NCBI GenBank assembly: GCA_963781885.1
Contig: CAWAHW010000004.1
Location: forward strand, 480,001-544,000
Reading direction: 5' to 3'
Length of the DNA: 64,000 bases
From: an uncultured Spirochaetota bacterium
GTDB lineage: Bacteria > Spirochaetota > Spirochaetia > SZUA-6 > Fen-1364
Notes under the pieces: model-generated
Database searches by the model: none
Told to the model about the DNA's origin: nothing
The model's input: the letters and a program-made list of their open reading frames with translations, nothing else
Part shown: piece after piece, positions 1 to 10,508 of the stretch
Layout of the letters: each line of letters begins with the position of its first letter
How positions within the stretch are numbered: the first letter of the stretch is position 1
Translations under genes and position numbers: made by a program

Positions 1-504
1 CGGCGCGATCTCCACGACGCGTGCAAGTTCTACCAGAACGCCGCCGGCGGCGTGCCCTCCCCCTTCGACAGCTTCCTCGTGCAGCGGGGGCTGAAGACTC
101 TCGCGGTGCGCATGGAACGCCACCAGGCAAATGCCTTTGCGGTGGCGGAAGCGCTTGCCGGTCACAAGGCACTGGCGGCGTTGCACTTCCCCGGGCTCGC
201 CTCGCATCCCGGCCACGCGACGGCGCTGCGCCAGATGCGGGGATTCCCCGGCATGGTTTCCATGACGCTCGCCGGCGGAAGGCCGGCCGTGGAGCGGTTC
301 GTGAAGAAGCTGCGCGTCTTCACCTTTGCCGAAAGTCTCGGCGGCGTCGAGTCACTCGCCTGTCACCCTTCGACGATGACCCACGGTGCGATCCCCCCGG
401 CGGAGCGCGAAAGGATCGGCATCACGGAAGGTCTCGTGCGTCTGTCGGTGGGTATCGAGGACGCCGAGGACCTGAAAGAGGACCTGCTGCAGGCGCTGGA
501 CTGA
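1..504 (+). CDS. Cystathionine gamma-lyase/synthase family PLP enzyme (Cys/Met metabolism), 5'-truncated by window edge
   Basis: Frame open from base 1. C-terminal family motifs SPFDSFLVQRGLKTL, AESLGGVESL, HPSTMTH and LVRLSVGIED. Confidence 0.9.
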   Translation, partial: RRDLHDACKFYQNAAGGVPSPFDSFLVQRGLKTLAVRMERHQANAFAVAEALAGHKALAALHFPGLASHPGHATALRQMRGFPGMVSMTLAGGRPAVERFVKKLRVFTFAESLGGVESLACHPSTMTHGAIPPAERERIGITEGLVRLSVGIEDAEDLKEDLLQALD

Positions 505-519
505 GACCGACCTTCCACG

Positions 520-2517
520 TCACGGGGGCGCCATCGGCTTTCTGCCAATGGCCGCCGTGACGGTGCTGAGGAGCTCGTGTGCGAGATAGGGCTTCGGCAA
601 GAGGCCCAGGAACCCGTTCTTCCTGATCTGGCTGACCATACCGGCATCGGCGTACCCGCTGGATGCGAGCGCTGCCGTCTCCGGGGCGATCGCCCGAAGC
701 GCCGTCAGAGTTTCAACCCCCCCCATGCCGCCCCGGATCGTCAGGTCGAGGATGCACAGGTCGTACGGCCGTCGATCCGCAACACCCTGCCGGAAGAGGG
801 CGACTGCCTCCTCGCCGTTGCACGCCGTCGACACCTCGTAGCCGGCGTTGACGAGGGTATGCTTCGTCAGGGTGAGAATCGCTCTCTCATCGTCCATGAG
901 AAGGATGCGGCCGACGCCGGAGACGGCCGGGCCGGGTGGCTGCGCCTCGACTTCCACCTTTCCCTCGCGCAGCGCGGGAAGCCACACGGTGAAGGATGCC
1001 CCGCCGCCCGGATTCGACGCCGCCGCGATATGACCGCCGTGATTCTTTACGATCGCGTAGCTCGTGGCGAGCCCCAGCCCCGAGCCCTCCTTCTTCGTGG
1101 TGAAGAAGGGGTCGAAGATCCGGCCGATGATCGCCTCCGGGATTCCCGGACCGGTATCGTCGAACCGGATGGCAACGTAGCTGCCCGAAGGCAGCGTGCC
1201 GACGCTTTCCTCGGTGAGCGGGCAATTGCGGAGGGTGATGGCGAGGGTTCCGTGATCGCCCATGGCCTGTCGGGAGTTGATGATGATGTTGTTGAAGACC
1301 TGGGACAATTGGTTCGCGTCGGCTTCGACCAGGGGCACCCCATCGTCCTCCTCGACCGTGTGGCGAACGTGGGAGCCGCTCAGCGAAAGCGCACAGCTCT
1401 CCCGCACGACGTCGGACACCTTGAGCTTCTTGCGGACAGGGGACCCGCCCTTGGAAAAAGCGAGAAGGCGCTGCGTCAGGTCCCGTGCGCGCGTGAAGAC
1501 TGACATCACGATGGGGAAATGATCCCGCGTCGGGCTCCGGGGGGGCAGATCGTCCTTCAGGAGCTCCAGCCCGACGAACAATCCCGTCAGGAGATTGTTG
1601 AAATCATGGGCGATGCCGGCGGCAAAGAGGCTCAAGGATTCGAATCGCTGCGATCTCTGCAGCTCCTCGCGCATGCGCTTTTGCTCCGTGACGTCGATGC
1701 AGGACGCCATGATGCAGAGCGTTGCGCCCCCTGGATTGCGTACCCGGTGGGCGGCCAGGTGGACAGTGAAGGCCGTTCCGTCCTTCCGACGCGCGTCCGT
1801 CTCGCCCACCCAGTTTCCTTCCCGTCTCATCACGTCGACCAGGCGGGCAACCTCCGCTTCATCCGCGATCAGCGTCCTCACGTCCCTTCCCAGAAGCTCG
1901 TCGCCCGCGTATCCCCACATCTCCGCGCACGTGGCGTTCACGTAAGTGAGCCTGCCCGCGAAGTCGATGAGAAGGATGCCACTGATCGCCGAGGCGATGG
2001 CAAAATCCTTCACCGCCAGGGCCTTGTTGGCTTCTTCAAGCTCCAGCACCTTCGACTCCAGCCTGCGGATCAGGGTCTGGTTGTATTCCTTCAGATACAC
2101 GATCTCTTCCGGACTGGCGTCAACCGGGGGAGCGCCCGCGGGCGTCCGGTGTTTTTCCACCGTATCGAGGATGAGCCGCAGCAGGATCCCGGGATCAATC
2201 GGCTTCCTGATGAACAGGTCGGCACCCAGGCTCAAGGCAAACTCCTCGTCCCGGGAATCCGTGTACGTGGCGGTGTAGAAGATGAAGAGGATCGAGCGAA
2301 GAGTCTCGTCCTTTTTCCACTCCCGGCAAAGGCTGAAGCCATCCATGACGGGCATCAGGATGTCCGAGATGATCAGGTCCGGCGGGCGGCGCCGGGCGCT
2401 CTCGAGGGCCTCCCTGCCATTGGCGGCCGTCATCACCTCGAAGCCGTGCGCATGCAGCAGGGTCTGAAGGAGGTAGACGCTCTCGCTCTTGTCGTCAACG
2501 ATCAACACCATCGGCAT
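520..2517 (-). CDS. Hybrid sensor histidine kinase (REC-PAS-HisKA-HATPase-REC)
   Basis: N-terminal receiver (VDD, DILMPVMDG, KP), PAS/PAC, H-box AGIAHDFNN, N/G boxes (DTGPGI, FFTTK, GSGLGL) and a C-terminal receiver. Confidence 0.93.
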   Translation of the reverse strand: MPMVLIVDDKSESVYLLQTLLHAHGFEVMTAANGREALESARRRPPDLIISDILMPVMDGFSLCREWKKDETLRSILFIFYTATYTDSRDEEFALSLGADLFIRKPIDPGILLRLILDTVEKHRTPAGAPPVDASPEEIVYLKEYNQTLIRRLESKVLELEEANKALAVKDFAIASAISGILLIDFAGRLTYVNATCAEMWGYAGDELLGRDVRTLIADEAEVARLVDVMRREGNWVGETDARRKDGTAFTVHLAAHRVRNPGGATLCIMASCIDVTEQKRMREELQRSQRFESLSLFAAGIAHDFNNLLTGLFVGLELLKDDLPPRSPTRDHFPIVMSVFTRARDLTQRLLAFSKGGSPVRKKLKVSDVVRESCALSLSGSHVRHTVEEDDGVPLVEADANQLSQVFNNIIINSRQAMGDHGTLAITLRNCPLTEESVGTLPSGSYVAIRFDDTGPGIPEAIIGRIFDPFFTTKKEGSGLGLATSYAIVKNHGGHIAAASNPGGGASFTVWLPALREGKVEVEAQPPGPAVSGVGRILLMDDERAILTLTKHTLVNAGYEVSTACNGEEAVALFRQGVADRRPYDLCILDLTIRGGMGGVETLTALRAIAPETAALASSGYADAGMVSQIRKNGFLGLLPKPYLAHELLSTVTAAIGRKPMAPP

Positions 2518-2536
2518 TCATTCCCTCCTCTCCCCA

Positions 2537-2920
2537 TCACGGGTCCCCGCAACCGCTGAGATGATCCTTGAGCTGCTGCACAAAGGTTTCCGGATTGATC
2601 GGCTTCTCGATGTAGGCGGTCGCCCCGGCCGCGAGGGCGCGCTCACGGTCGCCCGCCATGGCGTACGAGGTGACCGCCACGATGGGGGTTTTCCTCAGCG
2701 CTTCCTGCGCGCGCAGCGCGCGGGCGACGTCATACCCGTCCATGAAGGGAAGCTGGATGTCGAGGAGGATCATGTCGGGCAGAATGCGGCAGGCGGATTG
2801 AATGCCGTCCTGTCCGTCGCGCGCAGAGACGACGGTGAACCCGTTCTTCTCCAGCAGGAAGCGCATGAGGTAGAGGTTCTGCTCATTGTCCTCGATGATG
2901 AGGACCGTTGGATCCGTCAT
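2537..2920 (-). CDS. Single-domain response regulator (DivK/CheY-like)
   Basis: IEDN, LDIQLPFMDG, VTSYAMAGD and EKPI motifs. ATGA overlap with the upstream kinase. Confidence 0.93.
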   Translation of the reverse strand: MTDPTVLIIEDNEQNLYLMRFLLEKNGFTVVSARDGQDGIQSACRILPDMILLDIQLPFMDGYDVARALRAQEALRKTPIVAVTSYAMAGDRERALAAGATAYIEKPINPETFVQQLKDHLSGCGDP

Positions 2921-5175
2921 GGCCCCTCCCGCGGCAGCGTGACCGAGAACGTGCTGCCCACCCCGGGCTCGCTCCCCACCTCAATGGAGCCGCCCATGAG
3001 ATCGAGCAGTCGCTTGCAGATGGACAGTCCCAGGCCGGTACCCTCGTGCGTCCGGGTCAACCCGGTGTCGATCTGCCGGAAGGGCTGGAACAGGGTCGGC
3101 AGGTCCTGTCGGGCGATCCCGATCCCCGTGTCACTCACCTCGATGCGGAGATCCCGATCGCCCGCCCGCGCCCGGACCTTCACGCCGCCGTGTTCCGTAA
3201 ACTTCACGGCATTGCCGAGGAGGTTCATCAGTACCTGTTCCACGCGCCGCTCGTCTCCGCGGAGAACGCGCACCCGGGGATCGATCTCGAGGGAAAGCGC
3301 AAGGCCCTTCTTTTCCAGCATCGGCCTGACGGCCTGCGTCACCTTTTCCAGCGAGCGCGACAGGTCGAAGGGCAGAAGGTGCAGGTGCACCTCCCCTGCC
3401 TCGATCTTGGAGATGTCCAGCACGTCGTTGATCAGGTCGAGGAGATGATGCGCGCTCGCCTGCACCATGCCCAGCTGCTTCCTCTGCTCGGCCGCGAGCG
3501 GCCCGGCAAGACCCTGCAGCAGGATGCCCGTGAAACCGATGATGGAGTTCAGCGGTGTGCGCAGCTCGTGGGACATGGTGGCGAGGAACGCGGACTTCAG
3601 CCGGTCGGCGGATTCCGCGGCCTCCTTTGCGGCCAGCAGCTCGCGCGTGCGATCGCCGACCTTTTCCTCCAGCTCCTGCCGCGACTTCTCCACCGCGTCC
3701 ATGATGCGCGCGCGCTCCTTCTGCGCGCGAAGGGCCTCGATGCCATACGCGATGTTTTCGCCGAGCTTTCCCAGCAGCGCGACCTCCGTCGTGTCGAAAG
3801 CGTCGGGCTCGGCGGCATAGATGATCATGACGCCGAAGACGTCGCCTTCCACGATGAGGGGAACGGCGATGGCAGAGGCGAAGTCCCGGGTGGCGAGCAC
3901 ATCGCGCCACACGGCGAAGGCGGGATTGTGCAGGAGGTCGCGCGAGATCGTGGGGGCGCCGTTGCGGATCGCAAGCCCCGCGGTGCCCTGGCCGTACTCG
4001 TTGTCCGCCCAGCTCACGTGGATGCGATTAAGGAAGTCCTCTCCCGGCCCGGCAAAGGTGATCGGCGCGACGGTGCAGGCGAGGTCGCGCTCCGCTTTTC
4101 CGATCCACGCCATCCGATACCCCGCCGACTCCACCGCGATCCTGCACAGCTCCGTCAGAAGCTTCCCTTCCTCTTTTGCCTGCACGACCAGGCTGTTGCA
4201 GAGCGTCAGGAGGCGCAGCGCCCGGTTGGACTGCCGCAGCTCCGCTTCCGTTCGAATCCGCCGCTGGACCTCCCGGGTGCGCGCCCTTCCGGTGCGGAGG
4301 GCTTGGAAGAGAAAGAAGCACAAGAGGAGCATAAGGCCGCAGCCCACGGGGAAGTATGCCGTTGCAAGCGGCCGGAAGACCGGCCATCCATGAGCGGGAA
4401 TCGCCGCAATCTGCCAGCTCCCCGAGGGAAGCGGGACGTCCATGACGATAGGCTTGCCGTCAAAAACCGAATTCCGTCCCCAGAAAGAATCGCCCTGGCC
4501 GCCCGTTCCATCCCTTCCCCGGAGCGAGACACTCAGGTCCGCGGGAACAGAATCCAGCCCGCTTGCGTGAATCAGGCCCGGAAAGTCGATGACGGTGGAA
4601 AAAAGCCCCCAGTACCTCTGCTCCGTTTCCCTGCCGACCGGTCCGGTCAGGAATATGGGCGTGCGGCTGATGATGCCGATCCCGCCCTGCACGAGATCGA
4701 CCGGCCCGGCCACCACCATCCTCCTTTCCACGATCGCGCGTACCACCGCGTCCCGCTGGTCCGGCGCATCATCGTAGCGCAGGCCGATGATTCCTTCGTT
4801 GCCTTCCCGGGGAAAAACATTTCGTACGACATTGTGCGGGGCGAGCGCGATGTTGCGGATCAGGGGGTTGTGGCTCAATAGCTCGGCGGCCATGGCCTGG
4901 AACCGCTGCTCGCTGATGTCTCCCTCGATCTTCACGAGGCTGGGAATCCCCTCGGTGAGATAGATCCCGGCGTACAGCTCGCGGCTCAGATTGCCGCGGA
5001 TCGTGTCGAGCTCCGCGCCAAGGCGTTCCCGCACGCGATCGACCTCGAATCGGTACTGGAACGAGGAGAACCAGTAGCTGATGCCGCACCCGAGCAGGAA
5101 AAGGAGAAAAGGAAGAATGGCGAGATCGAGATTGCGGAGGAATGGCGGTGGGAAGGCTTTTTTTCTTTCTGTCAT
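2917..5175 (-). CDS. Membrane sensor histidine kinase (CHASE-GAF-HisKA-HATPase)
   Basis: Two TM segments flank a CHASE-like domain (AGPVDLVQGG), followed by GAF, H-box MSHELRTPLN, NAVKFT, DTGIGI and GTGLGL. Confidence 0.92.
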   Translation of the reverse strand: MTERKKAFPPPFLRNLDLAILPFLLFLLGCGISYWFSSFQYRFEVDRVRERLGAELDTIRGNLSRELYAGIYLTEGIPSLVKIEGDISEQRFQAMAAELLSHNPLIRNIALAPHNVVRNVFPREGNEGIIGLRYDDAPDQRDAVVRAIVERRMVVAGPVDLVQGGIGIISRTPIFLTGPVGRETEQRYWGLFSTVIDFPGLIHASGLDSVPADLSVSLRGRDGTGGQGDSFWGRNSVFDGKPIVMDVPLPSGSWQIAAIPAHGWPVFRPLATAYFPVGCGLMLLLCFFLFQALRTGRARTREVQRRIRTEAELRQSNRALRLLTLCNSLVVQAKEEGKLLTELCRIAVESAGYRMAWIGKAERDLACTVAPITFAGPGEDFLNRIHVSWADNEYGQGTAGLAIRNGAPTISRDLLHNPAFAVWRDVLATRDFASAIAVPLIVEGDVFGVMIIYAAEPDAFDTTEVALLGKLGENIAYGIEALRAQKERARIMDAVEKSRQELEEKVGDRTRELLAAKEAAESADRLKSAFLATMSHELRTPLNSIIGFTGILLQGLAGPLAAEQRKQLGMVQASAHHLLDLINDVLDISKIEAGEVHLHLLPFDLSRSLEKVTQAVRPMLEKKGLALSLEIDPRVRVLRGDERRVEQVLMNLLGNAVKFTEHGGVKVRARAGDRDLRIEVSDTGIGIARQDLPTLFQPFRQIDTGLTRTHEGTGLGLSICKRLLDLMGGSIEVGSEPGVGSTFSVTLPREGP

Positions 5176-5205
5176 ATGCCGCGCGCCGGGGATCGAACGG
5201 CGTGA

Positions 5206-5234
5206 AGTCTAAACCCGAAGGCCGGATCCGGCAA
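5206..5234 (-). promoter_or_regulatory. Putative sigma70 promoter of the phosphorelay operon
   Basis: Minus strand TTGCCG-N17-TAGACT, about 30 nt upstream of ATG 5175. Confidence 0.5.
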
Positions 5235-5358
5235 GGACGGGGTGACACGGAGGGAGGACGGTGGCGGGCGCCGCATCCGCGCCCCTGACGGCCGCTGCCG
5301 CGGGAGATACATCGGGCGCCTGATCGCGATAGTATATTCTTTGCAGAAGGAGGCATCC

Positions 5359-5574
5359 GTGCCAACAGAAACCAGCAATTTGAAAGTCCAGGGCATGACC
5401 TGCAAGCATTGCGTGCAGGCAGTGAAGAGCTCGGTGTCCGGAGTCGCCGGCGTGGATACAGTCGAAGTGAGCCTGGAGAAGAATCTCGTCACGGTTGCCT
5501 TCGACCCGGGGAAGGCCAGTATCCGGTCCATCACGGCTGCAATCGAAGATGCAGGGTATGCGGTCGCCGACTAG
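5359..5574 (+). CDS. copZ: Heavy-metal-associated copper chaperone (CopZ-like)
   Basis: GMTCKHC metal-binding motif in a 71-aa protein. AAGGAGG SD before GTG 5359. Confidence 0.88.
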   Translation: MPTETSNLKVQGMTCKHCVQAVKSSVSGVAGVDTVEVSLEKNLVTVAFDPGKASIRSITAAIEDAGYAVAD

Positions 5575-5599
5575 GCAGACGAACGCGCCCAGCCCTGAC

Positions 5600-6667
5600 T
5601 CAGGAATCGACGCCCCGGCTTTTGGCGCGCGCGCGTTTCTTGAATGAGCGGTAGTAGAACATGCGCGCAGCCTCTGCGCGCCGGTACAGGAAACAGAGCA
5701 CGGGCCGGTAGAGGGCGTCCCATGTGCCCCATCGCTCAAAGACGTTTTCGGAAAAGCCGGTCTTGAACTGGTACAGCCCGAACATCGGGTGGTCGGGATC
5801 GGGATGGGGAGGCACGCCGTAGAGGTCGTAGGTGACGCAGCCGGCGGCGCGCGCCATCTTGATCGCCTCCCACTGCAGGGCGTAGGTCGGCATGATGTTT
5901 CGCTTCTCGCCGGAGGAGGCGCCGTAGAGATAGGCGGCCCGCTTCTTCCAGAAGACCACGATATTCCCCGCCAGGAGCGTACCGTCGTGCCGGGCCAGGA
6001 ACAGCTTCACAACGGGCCGTTCACCGGCGTACTCCATCGACGCGCGCAGGAGCCCCTGGTAGTAGGCGCATGAATGGATGGCGATCCTGTCCCTTCGCGC
6101 GGTCTCCTCGTAGATCGCATACCAGGTGCCAAGCTCTTCCGGTGCCGCCTCTCCGACCACGACGCCCTTCTTTTCCGCCAGCCGGATGTTGTAGCGCGTC
6201 TTGTGCTTCATGGAAGCGAGGATCCCATCGAGATCGGGCGCGATGTCGACGATGACGGTGCTTGCGGGCTGCATGTCGCTGCCCGCTTTGCGCACGCGCG
6301 GCGCGCGCGTCGCTTTCGGCGCCTCCCCCGTCTTGCGCCACGGCAGGTCATAGCGGAGAAAAAGGGTGTTCCGCGGGAGCAGGGGTCGGAGGCCGCGGGC
6401 GAGCGCGGAAAGAAATGCCCCGCGCCCTTCGCCGGGATCGAACGAGGGACCGAACGGCACATAGGCCAGCGTGAAAAATCTGGAGAGACGCCGCAGAAGA
6501 ACGAGCAGGCCGAACGATGACCCCGCGCCCTCGCGCGGGTTGCCCGGTTCGACGCTGAAGGCGGCCGGCGACCAGCCGTGCGCTGACTTGAATTGCCCCC
6601 AGAAGCCGGTCTGCAGGAGCTCGTCGTTCGCGTCGAGTGCGGAAAGGGCAACCGGGCGAACGATCAC
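5600..6667 (-). CDS. FemABX-family lipid II:amino acid transferase (peptidoglycan bridge formation); start approximate
   Basis: LLQTGFWGQFK, MKHKTRYNIRLAEKKGV, YLYGAS, LQWEAI and YDLYG...GLYQFKTGF motifs. Confidence 0.88.
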   Translation of the reverse strand: MIVRPVALSALDANDELLQTGFWGQFKSAHGWSPAAFSVEPGNPREGAGSSFGLLVLLRRLSRFFTLAYVPFGPSFDPGEGRGAFLSALARGLRPLLPRNTLFLRYDLPWRKTGEAPKATRAPRVRKAGSDMQPASTVIVDIAPDLDGILASMKHKTRYNIRLAEKKGVVVGEAAPEELGTWYAIYEETARRDRIAIHSCAYYQGLLRASMEYAGERPVVKLFLARHDGTLLAGNIVVFWKKRAAYLYGASSGEKRNIMPTYALQWEAIKMARAAGCVTYDLYGVPPHPDPDHPMFGLYQFKTGFSENVFERWGTWDALYRPVLCFLYRRAEAARMFYYRSFKKRARAKSRGVDS

Positions 6668-6705
6668 CTCAGCGGCGGGCGCACCGCCTGCATCGCCCCG
6701 ATCGA

Positions 6706-8885
6706 TTACTTCACCCTGCCCTTCGCGACCTTCGCGGTGACCACCGGCTTTCCGGCGCACTCGAGCGCCGCATCGCCGACGACGACTTTGGAGGCCTCGA
6801 CGGCGATCGGCATCGTGAAGAACGTGTCGACATCGATCTGTTCCGCGGGCGCGGGGCCTGTCGTGCCGGAGAGCGTGACACGGTCACCCGGTGCGGCGTG
6901 GTCGACGAAAAGCACCTCCACGACCTTGCCTTCCGAGCCGGCAAGGAGCATGCCCTGGCTCTCCACGCCGCGCAGGATGGCAGGCTTGAGATTCGCCACC
7001 AGGACAACCGTATGTCCGAGCAGCTCCTCGGGCTTGTAGTGCGGCACGAGCCCCGAGACGATGGTCCGCGTGCTGCCGCCCACGTCCACCTTTTCTATGT
7101 ACAGCTTTTCCGCGTCGGGGTGCCGGTTGATCTCGACGATTTTCGCCGCGCGCAGGTCCACGGTCGTGCGGAAGCGCGCCGCGATCTCGGTGGGGCTGAG
7201 CGCGGGGACCGGCGCCGCGCCTTCGGCCGCCTCTTTGCGCTCCTTCTGCGTGCCGGAAAATCTGTCACGAAGAGCGTCGATCTGCTTGTCTTCCAGCCGC
7301 GCGAACAGGAGCTCGGGCTTCTCGACATTGCCGATGCCAGCAAATGTTCCCAGCTGGGCCCACGCGATGGGACCTGTGCCGAGCATTTTTGCGATGCGGT
7401 CCGCGACAATTGGGATGTAAGGAGCGCAGAGGATGGCCAGGTCGCGCACGAGATACGTGAGATTCCAGATCAGGCTGGCGGTTGCCTCCGGCGTCTCCTT
7501 CACGCCCTTCCAGGGGGCGCCATCCTGGAACTTCTTGTTTCCGATCGAGGAGAGGGCAAAAACCTTGTGGAAGGCTTCCCGCAGCTCCACCTTTTCCAGA
7601 AGCCCGGCGATTTCCGCCTCGGCCGCTTTCACCTCTTTCCAGAAGGGCTCGTCAGGCGCGCCGTCAGGCAGCTTCCCTCCATAAAATCGCGAGACGAACT
7701 GCAGGGTCCGATTGACGAGGTTCCCAAGATTGCCGATCAGCTCGGCATTCACCTTCTCCTGGAAATCGCTCCACGTGAAAAGGGTGTCCGACCTCTCGGG
7801 CCTGTTGTAATAGACGTAGAAACGCCAGACGTCCGCGGGGATGCCTGTCTCTTTCGCGTCCGTGCCGAAAACGCCGATCCCCTTGCTCTTGGAGAACTTC
7901 CCGCCCTCGTAGTTCAGGTACTCGGTGGAGGACATGTGATGGAGCGTGGTCCAGTCCTCACCGGTCCCCAGGAGGCTGGACGGGAAGATCACCGTGTGAA
8001 AGGGGATGTTGTCCTTGCCGATGAACTGGAAGAGCTTCACGTCGCGCGGCGCGTACCACCAGCTTTTCCATTCCGACGTGAGGTCTGCCGTAATGGAGAT
8101 GTAGCCGATGCACGCGTCGAACCAGACGTAGAAGACCTTGTTGCGGAATCCGTCCAGCGGAACCGGGATGCCCCACTTCAGGTCGCGCGTGATACAGCGC
8201 TCCTTCAGGCCGTCGCGCATCCAGGCATTTGTCATCTGGATCGCATTGCGCGACCAGAAACCCTTGTCGGAGGCGGTCTCCATCCACGCGCGCAGCTTCG
8301 GGAGTATTGCCACAAGGTCGATGAACAGGTGCTTCGTTTCCCGGATCACCGGCGTCGTGGAGCAGACGCTGCACCGCGGTTCGATGAGCTCCGTCGGGTC
8401 CAGCAGCTTGCCGCAGTTCTCACACTGGTCGCCGCGGGCGTCGGTGTAGTTGCAGTGGGGGCAGGTGCCCCGCACGTAGCGGTCCGCCAGGAAGCGCTGG
8501 TCTTTCTCGCAATAGAGCTGGTTCAGCGTGCGCTCGTTGATATAGCCGTTGTCATTCAGCTTCGTGAAGATGTGCTGCGTGATCTCGGTGTGCACGGGAC
8601 CGAGGTGCGGCCGAACTTGTCGAAGGAGATCGTGAACCACTGGTAGATGTCGCGATGGATCGCGTGGTAGCGGTCGCAGAGCTCGCGCGGCGTGACGCCC
8701 TCCTCCAGGGCGCGGGTCTCTGTCGCGGTCCCGTATTCATCGGTGCCGCAGATGTAGAGCGTCTCGTAGCCGGCCAGGCGGCAATAGCGCGCGAACACGT
8801 CGGCGGAAAGCACCTGGATGAGGTTCCCCAGGTGCGGGATGTTGTTCACGTACGGCAGCGCGGATGTGATCAGACGTCTTTCCAT
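6706..8885 (-). CDS. metG: Methionine--tRNA ligase with C-terminal tRNA-binding domain; one frameshift near 8596
   Basis: [16 protein letters not shown] (HIGH) lies in the 8556..8897 frame. Zn knuckles, YVWFDA, GKDN, KFSKS and the EMAP-II-like tail lie in the 6706..8640 frame. One added base at the junction restores GRTSVPVHTEI. Confidence 0.95.
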
Positions 8886-8895
8886 AGGTGCCGCC

Positions 8896-8925
8896 ACTGT
8901 ACCCGAAGGGTTTGGAGGGGGTCAA
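8896..8925 (-). promoter_or_regulatory. Putative sigma70 promoter of metG (very short leader)
   Basis: TTGACC-N18-TACAGT, 10 nt before ATG 8885; no SD. Confidence 0.55.
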
Positions 8926-8960
8926 GAATGGAAGACTTCCGTGCACGCACTTCCCGTCGC

Positions 8961-8989
8961 TTGACAGCGGGAATGGCGCAGCCGAAAAT
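8961..8989 (+). promoter_or_regulatory. Putative sigma70 promoter of the C1 peptidase
   Basis: TTGACA-N17-GAAAAT. Confidence 0.5.
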
Positions 8990-9028
8990 GCGGTAAGTCG
9001 GGTCCATCCCCACAAAAAGGATTGTGCA

Positions 9029-10441
9029 ATGAAAAGGCTGCTGCCCGCGATTCTTGCCGCGATTGTTCTTCTGTTCGCCGTGCTTCCCGGGGACGTCCAT
9101 GCTCAGGGGAGAAAGACCGGCGCGATATTCAACGCGACCGCCTACGGACAGGTCCCCTACAAATCGAACCTCGTCCGCGGCCTTTCCTTCCTGCCGGCCC
9201 GCGCCTCCGTGAAGCAGTTCGCGCCCTACAGCGGAGACCAGGGAGATTTCGGCACGTGCACGGCGTGGGCGTCCGCATATTCGGCGACCACGATCATTTA
9301 TGCCAAGCTCAACGGGATCACGGATCGGAGTGCCATCACGCGCAGCGCGTTCTCACCCGGCTTCGCCTTCCGGGCGAGCTTTCCGAGCGACTTTGTCGGC
9401 TGTGACAACGGCCAGGCCCTCCCGTACATCCTGCAGTCGATCCAGAAGAACGGCGTACCACTGTTCTCCGATCTCGACGCTCTCTGTCCCAGCACGATAC
9501 CCGTGGACTCGTTCAGCAAGGCGCGGCCCTTTTCCATCCTCGGCTTCACGCGCATCGGCGCCCCGGAAGACAGCAAGGCGGCAATCGTGGAGAAGGTGAA
9601 AAAGACCATCTCGGAAAACAAACCCGTCGTCGTGGGAATGATGATCGACGATGCGCCCGGCAAGGGCCCCTTCGCAACCCTGACGCGGGATTTCATTTGG
9701 GTGCCGGACCGCAGCGTGAAGCCGACCATGGGTCATGCAATGACCGTCGTGTCCTATGACGACGCCTATGGCGGAGGTTCCTTCGAGCTGCAGAACAGCT
9801 GGAGCAGGAAGTGGGGGAACGACGGCTTTTTCTGGATGAGGTACACGGACTTCCGCGACTATATGTCGGAGGCCTATGAGCTCCTGGAAAATCCCGCGAT
9901 GGTGCACCCGGAAGGCGCGCAGCTTTCCGGGGCCCTGACGATACAGGAAAGCGACGCGCACAGCCCCGCGGTCCTCTGGAATGGGTCCGCGTACGCGGTG
10001 CAGGAGGACTTCCCCAGCGGCACGCGCTTCCGCCTCTACCTCGACAACAACGAGCCTGCCTTTGTCTACATGGTGGGCGTGGATACCGCGTGGAGCACGT
10101 ACCGCCTGTTCCCGAGCGACGACACGATGAGCCCGGCGCTCACCTACAAAAGCAATCGTGTCGCCCTGCCCGGCGAGGACCTTTTCATCCAGACCGATCA
10201 GAATCCCGGCGAGGAGAGGATCGTCGTCCTCTATTCCCTGCGGGAGATCGACCTGGGCAAGGTGGAAAGCGCGCTCCAGAAAGGAGCGGGCGATCTCGCG
10301 GCGCGTCTGAAATCGGCCCTGGGCGATGCCCTCGTGCCATTCGATCATGTCGACTACCAGAAGGATCGCATGGCGTTCCAGGCCCGCGGCAGGACGAATG
10401 GTGTCGTCGCGCTGCTGGTCTCCATCAACCACACGCCGTAG
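9029..10441 (+). CDS. Secreted papain-like (C1A) cysteine peptidase with C-terminal DUF4384-like domain
   Basis: Signal peptide MKRLLPAIL...VHA. Catalytic motifs DQGDFGTCTAWA (Q, C), GHAMTVVSY (H), QNSW (N) and WGNDGFFW. Confidence 0.85.
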   Translation: MKRLLPAILAAIVLLFAVLPGDVHAQGRKTGAIFNATAYGQVPYKSNLVRGLSFLPARASVKQFAPYSGDQGDFGTCTAWASAYSATTIIYAKLNGITDRSAITRSAFSPGFAFRASFPSDFVGCDNGQALPYILQSIQKNGVPLFSDLDALCPSTIPVDSFSKARPFSILGFTRIGAPEDSKAAIVEKVKKTISENKPVVVGMMIDDAPGKGPFATLTRDFIWVPDRSVKPTMGHAMTVVSYDDAYGGGSFELQNSWSRKWGNDGFFWMRYTDFRDYMSEAYELLENPAMVHPEGAQLSGALTIQESDAHSPAVLWNGSAYAVQEDFPSGTRFRLYLDNNEPAFVYMVGVDTAWSTYRLFPSDDTMSPALTYKSNRVALPGEDLFIQTDQNPGEERIVVLYSLREIDLGKVESALQKGAGDLAARLKSALGDALVPFDHVDYQKDRMAFQARGRTNGVVALLVSINHTP

Positions 10442-10463
10442 GCGGCGGCGGGGCTACGCTTCC

Positions 10464-10492
10464 TTGACCACGCCCCTGCGCTGCCGTAGACT
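10464..10492 (+). promoter_or_regulatory. Putative sigma70 promoter of hflKC
   Basis: TTGACC-N17-TAGACT followed by SD GAGGAGG and ATG 10509. Confidence 0.6.
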
Positions 10493-10508
10493 CGGCTGAG
10501 GAGGCGCT

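Noticed and set aside
5176-5358. Possible riboswitch or ncRNA in the kinase/copZ divergent region
   Set aside because: Only short GC palindromes, one of them inside a plausible promoter spacer. No recognisable aptamer consensus.
8556-8640. Programmed frameshifting or pseudogenisation of metG and the five other split genes
   Set aside because: No slippery heptamer or shared signal, both insertion- and deletion-type shifts occur, and there is no further decay. Sequencing error is simpler.
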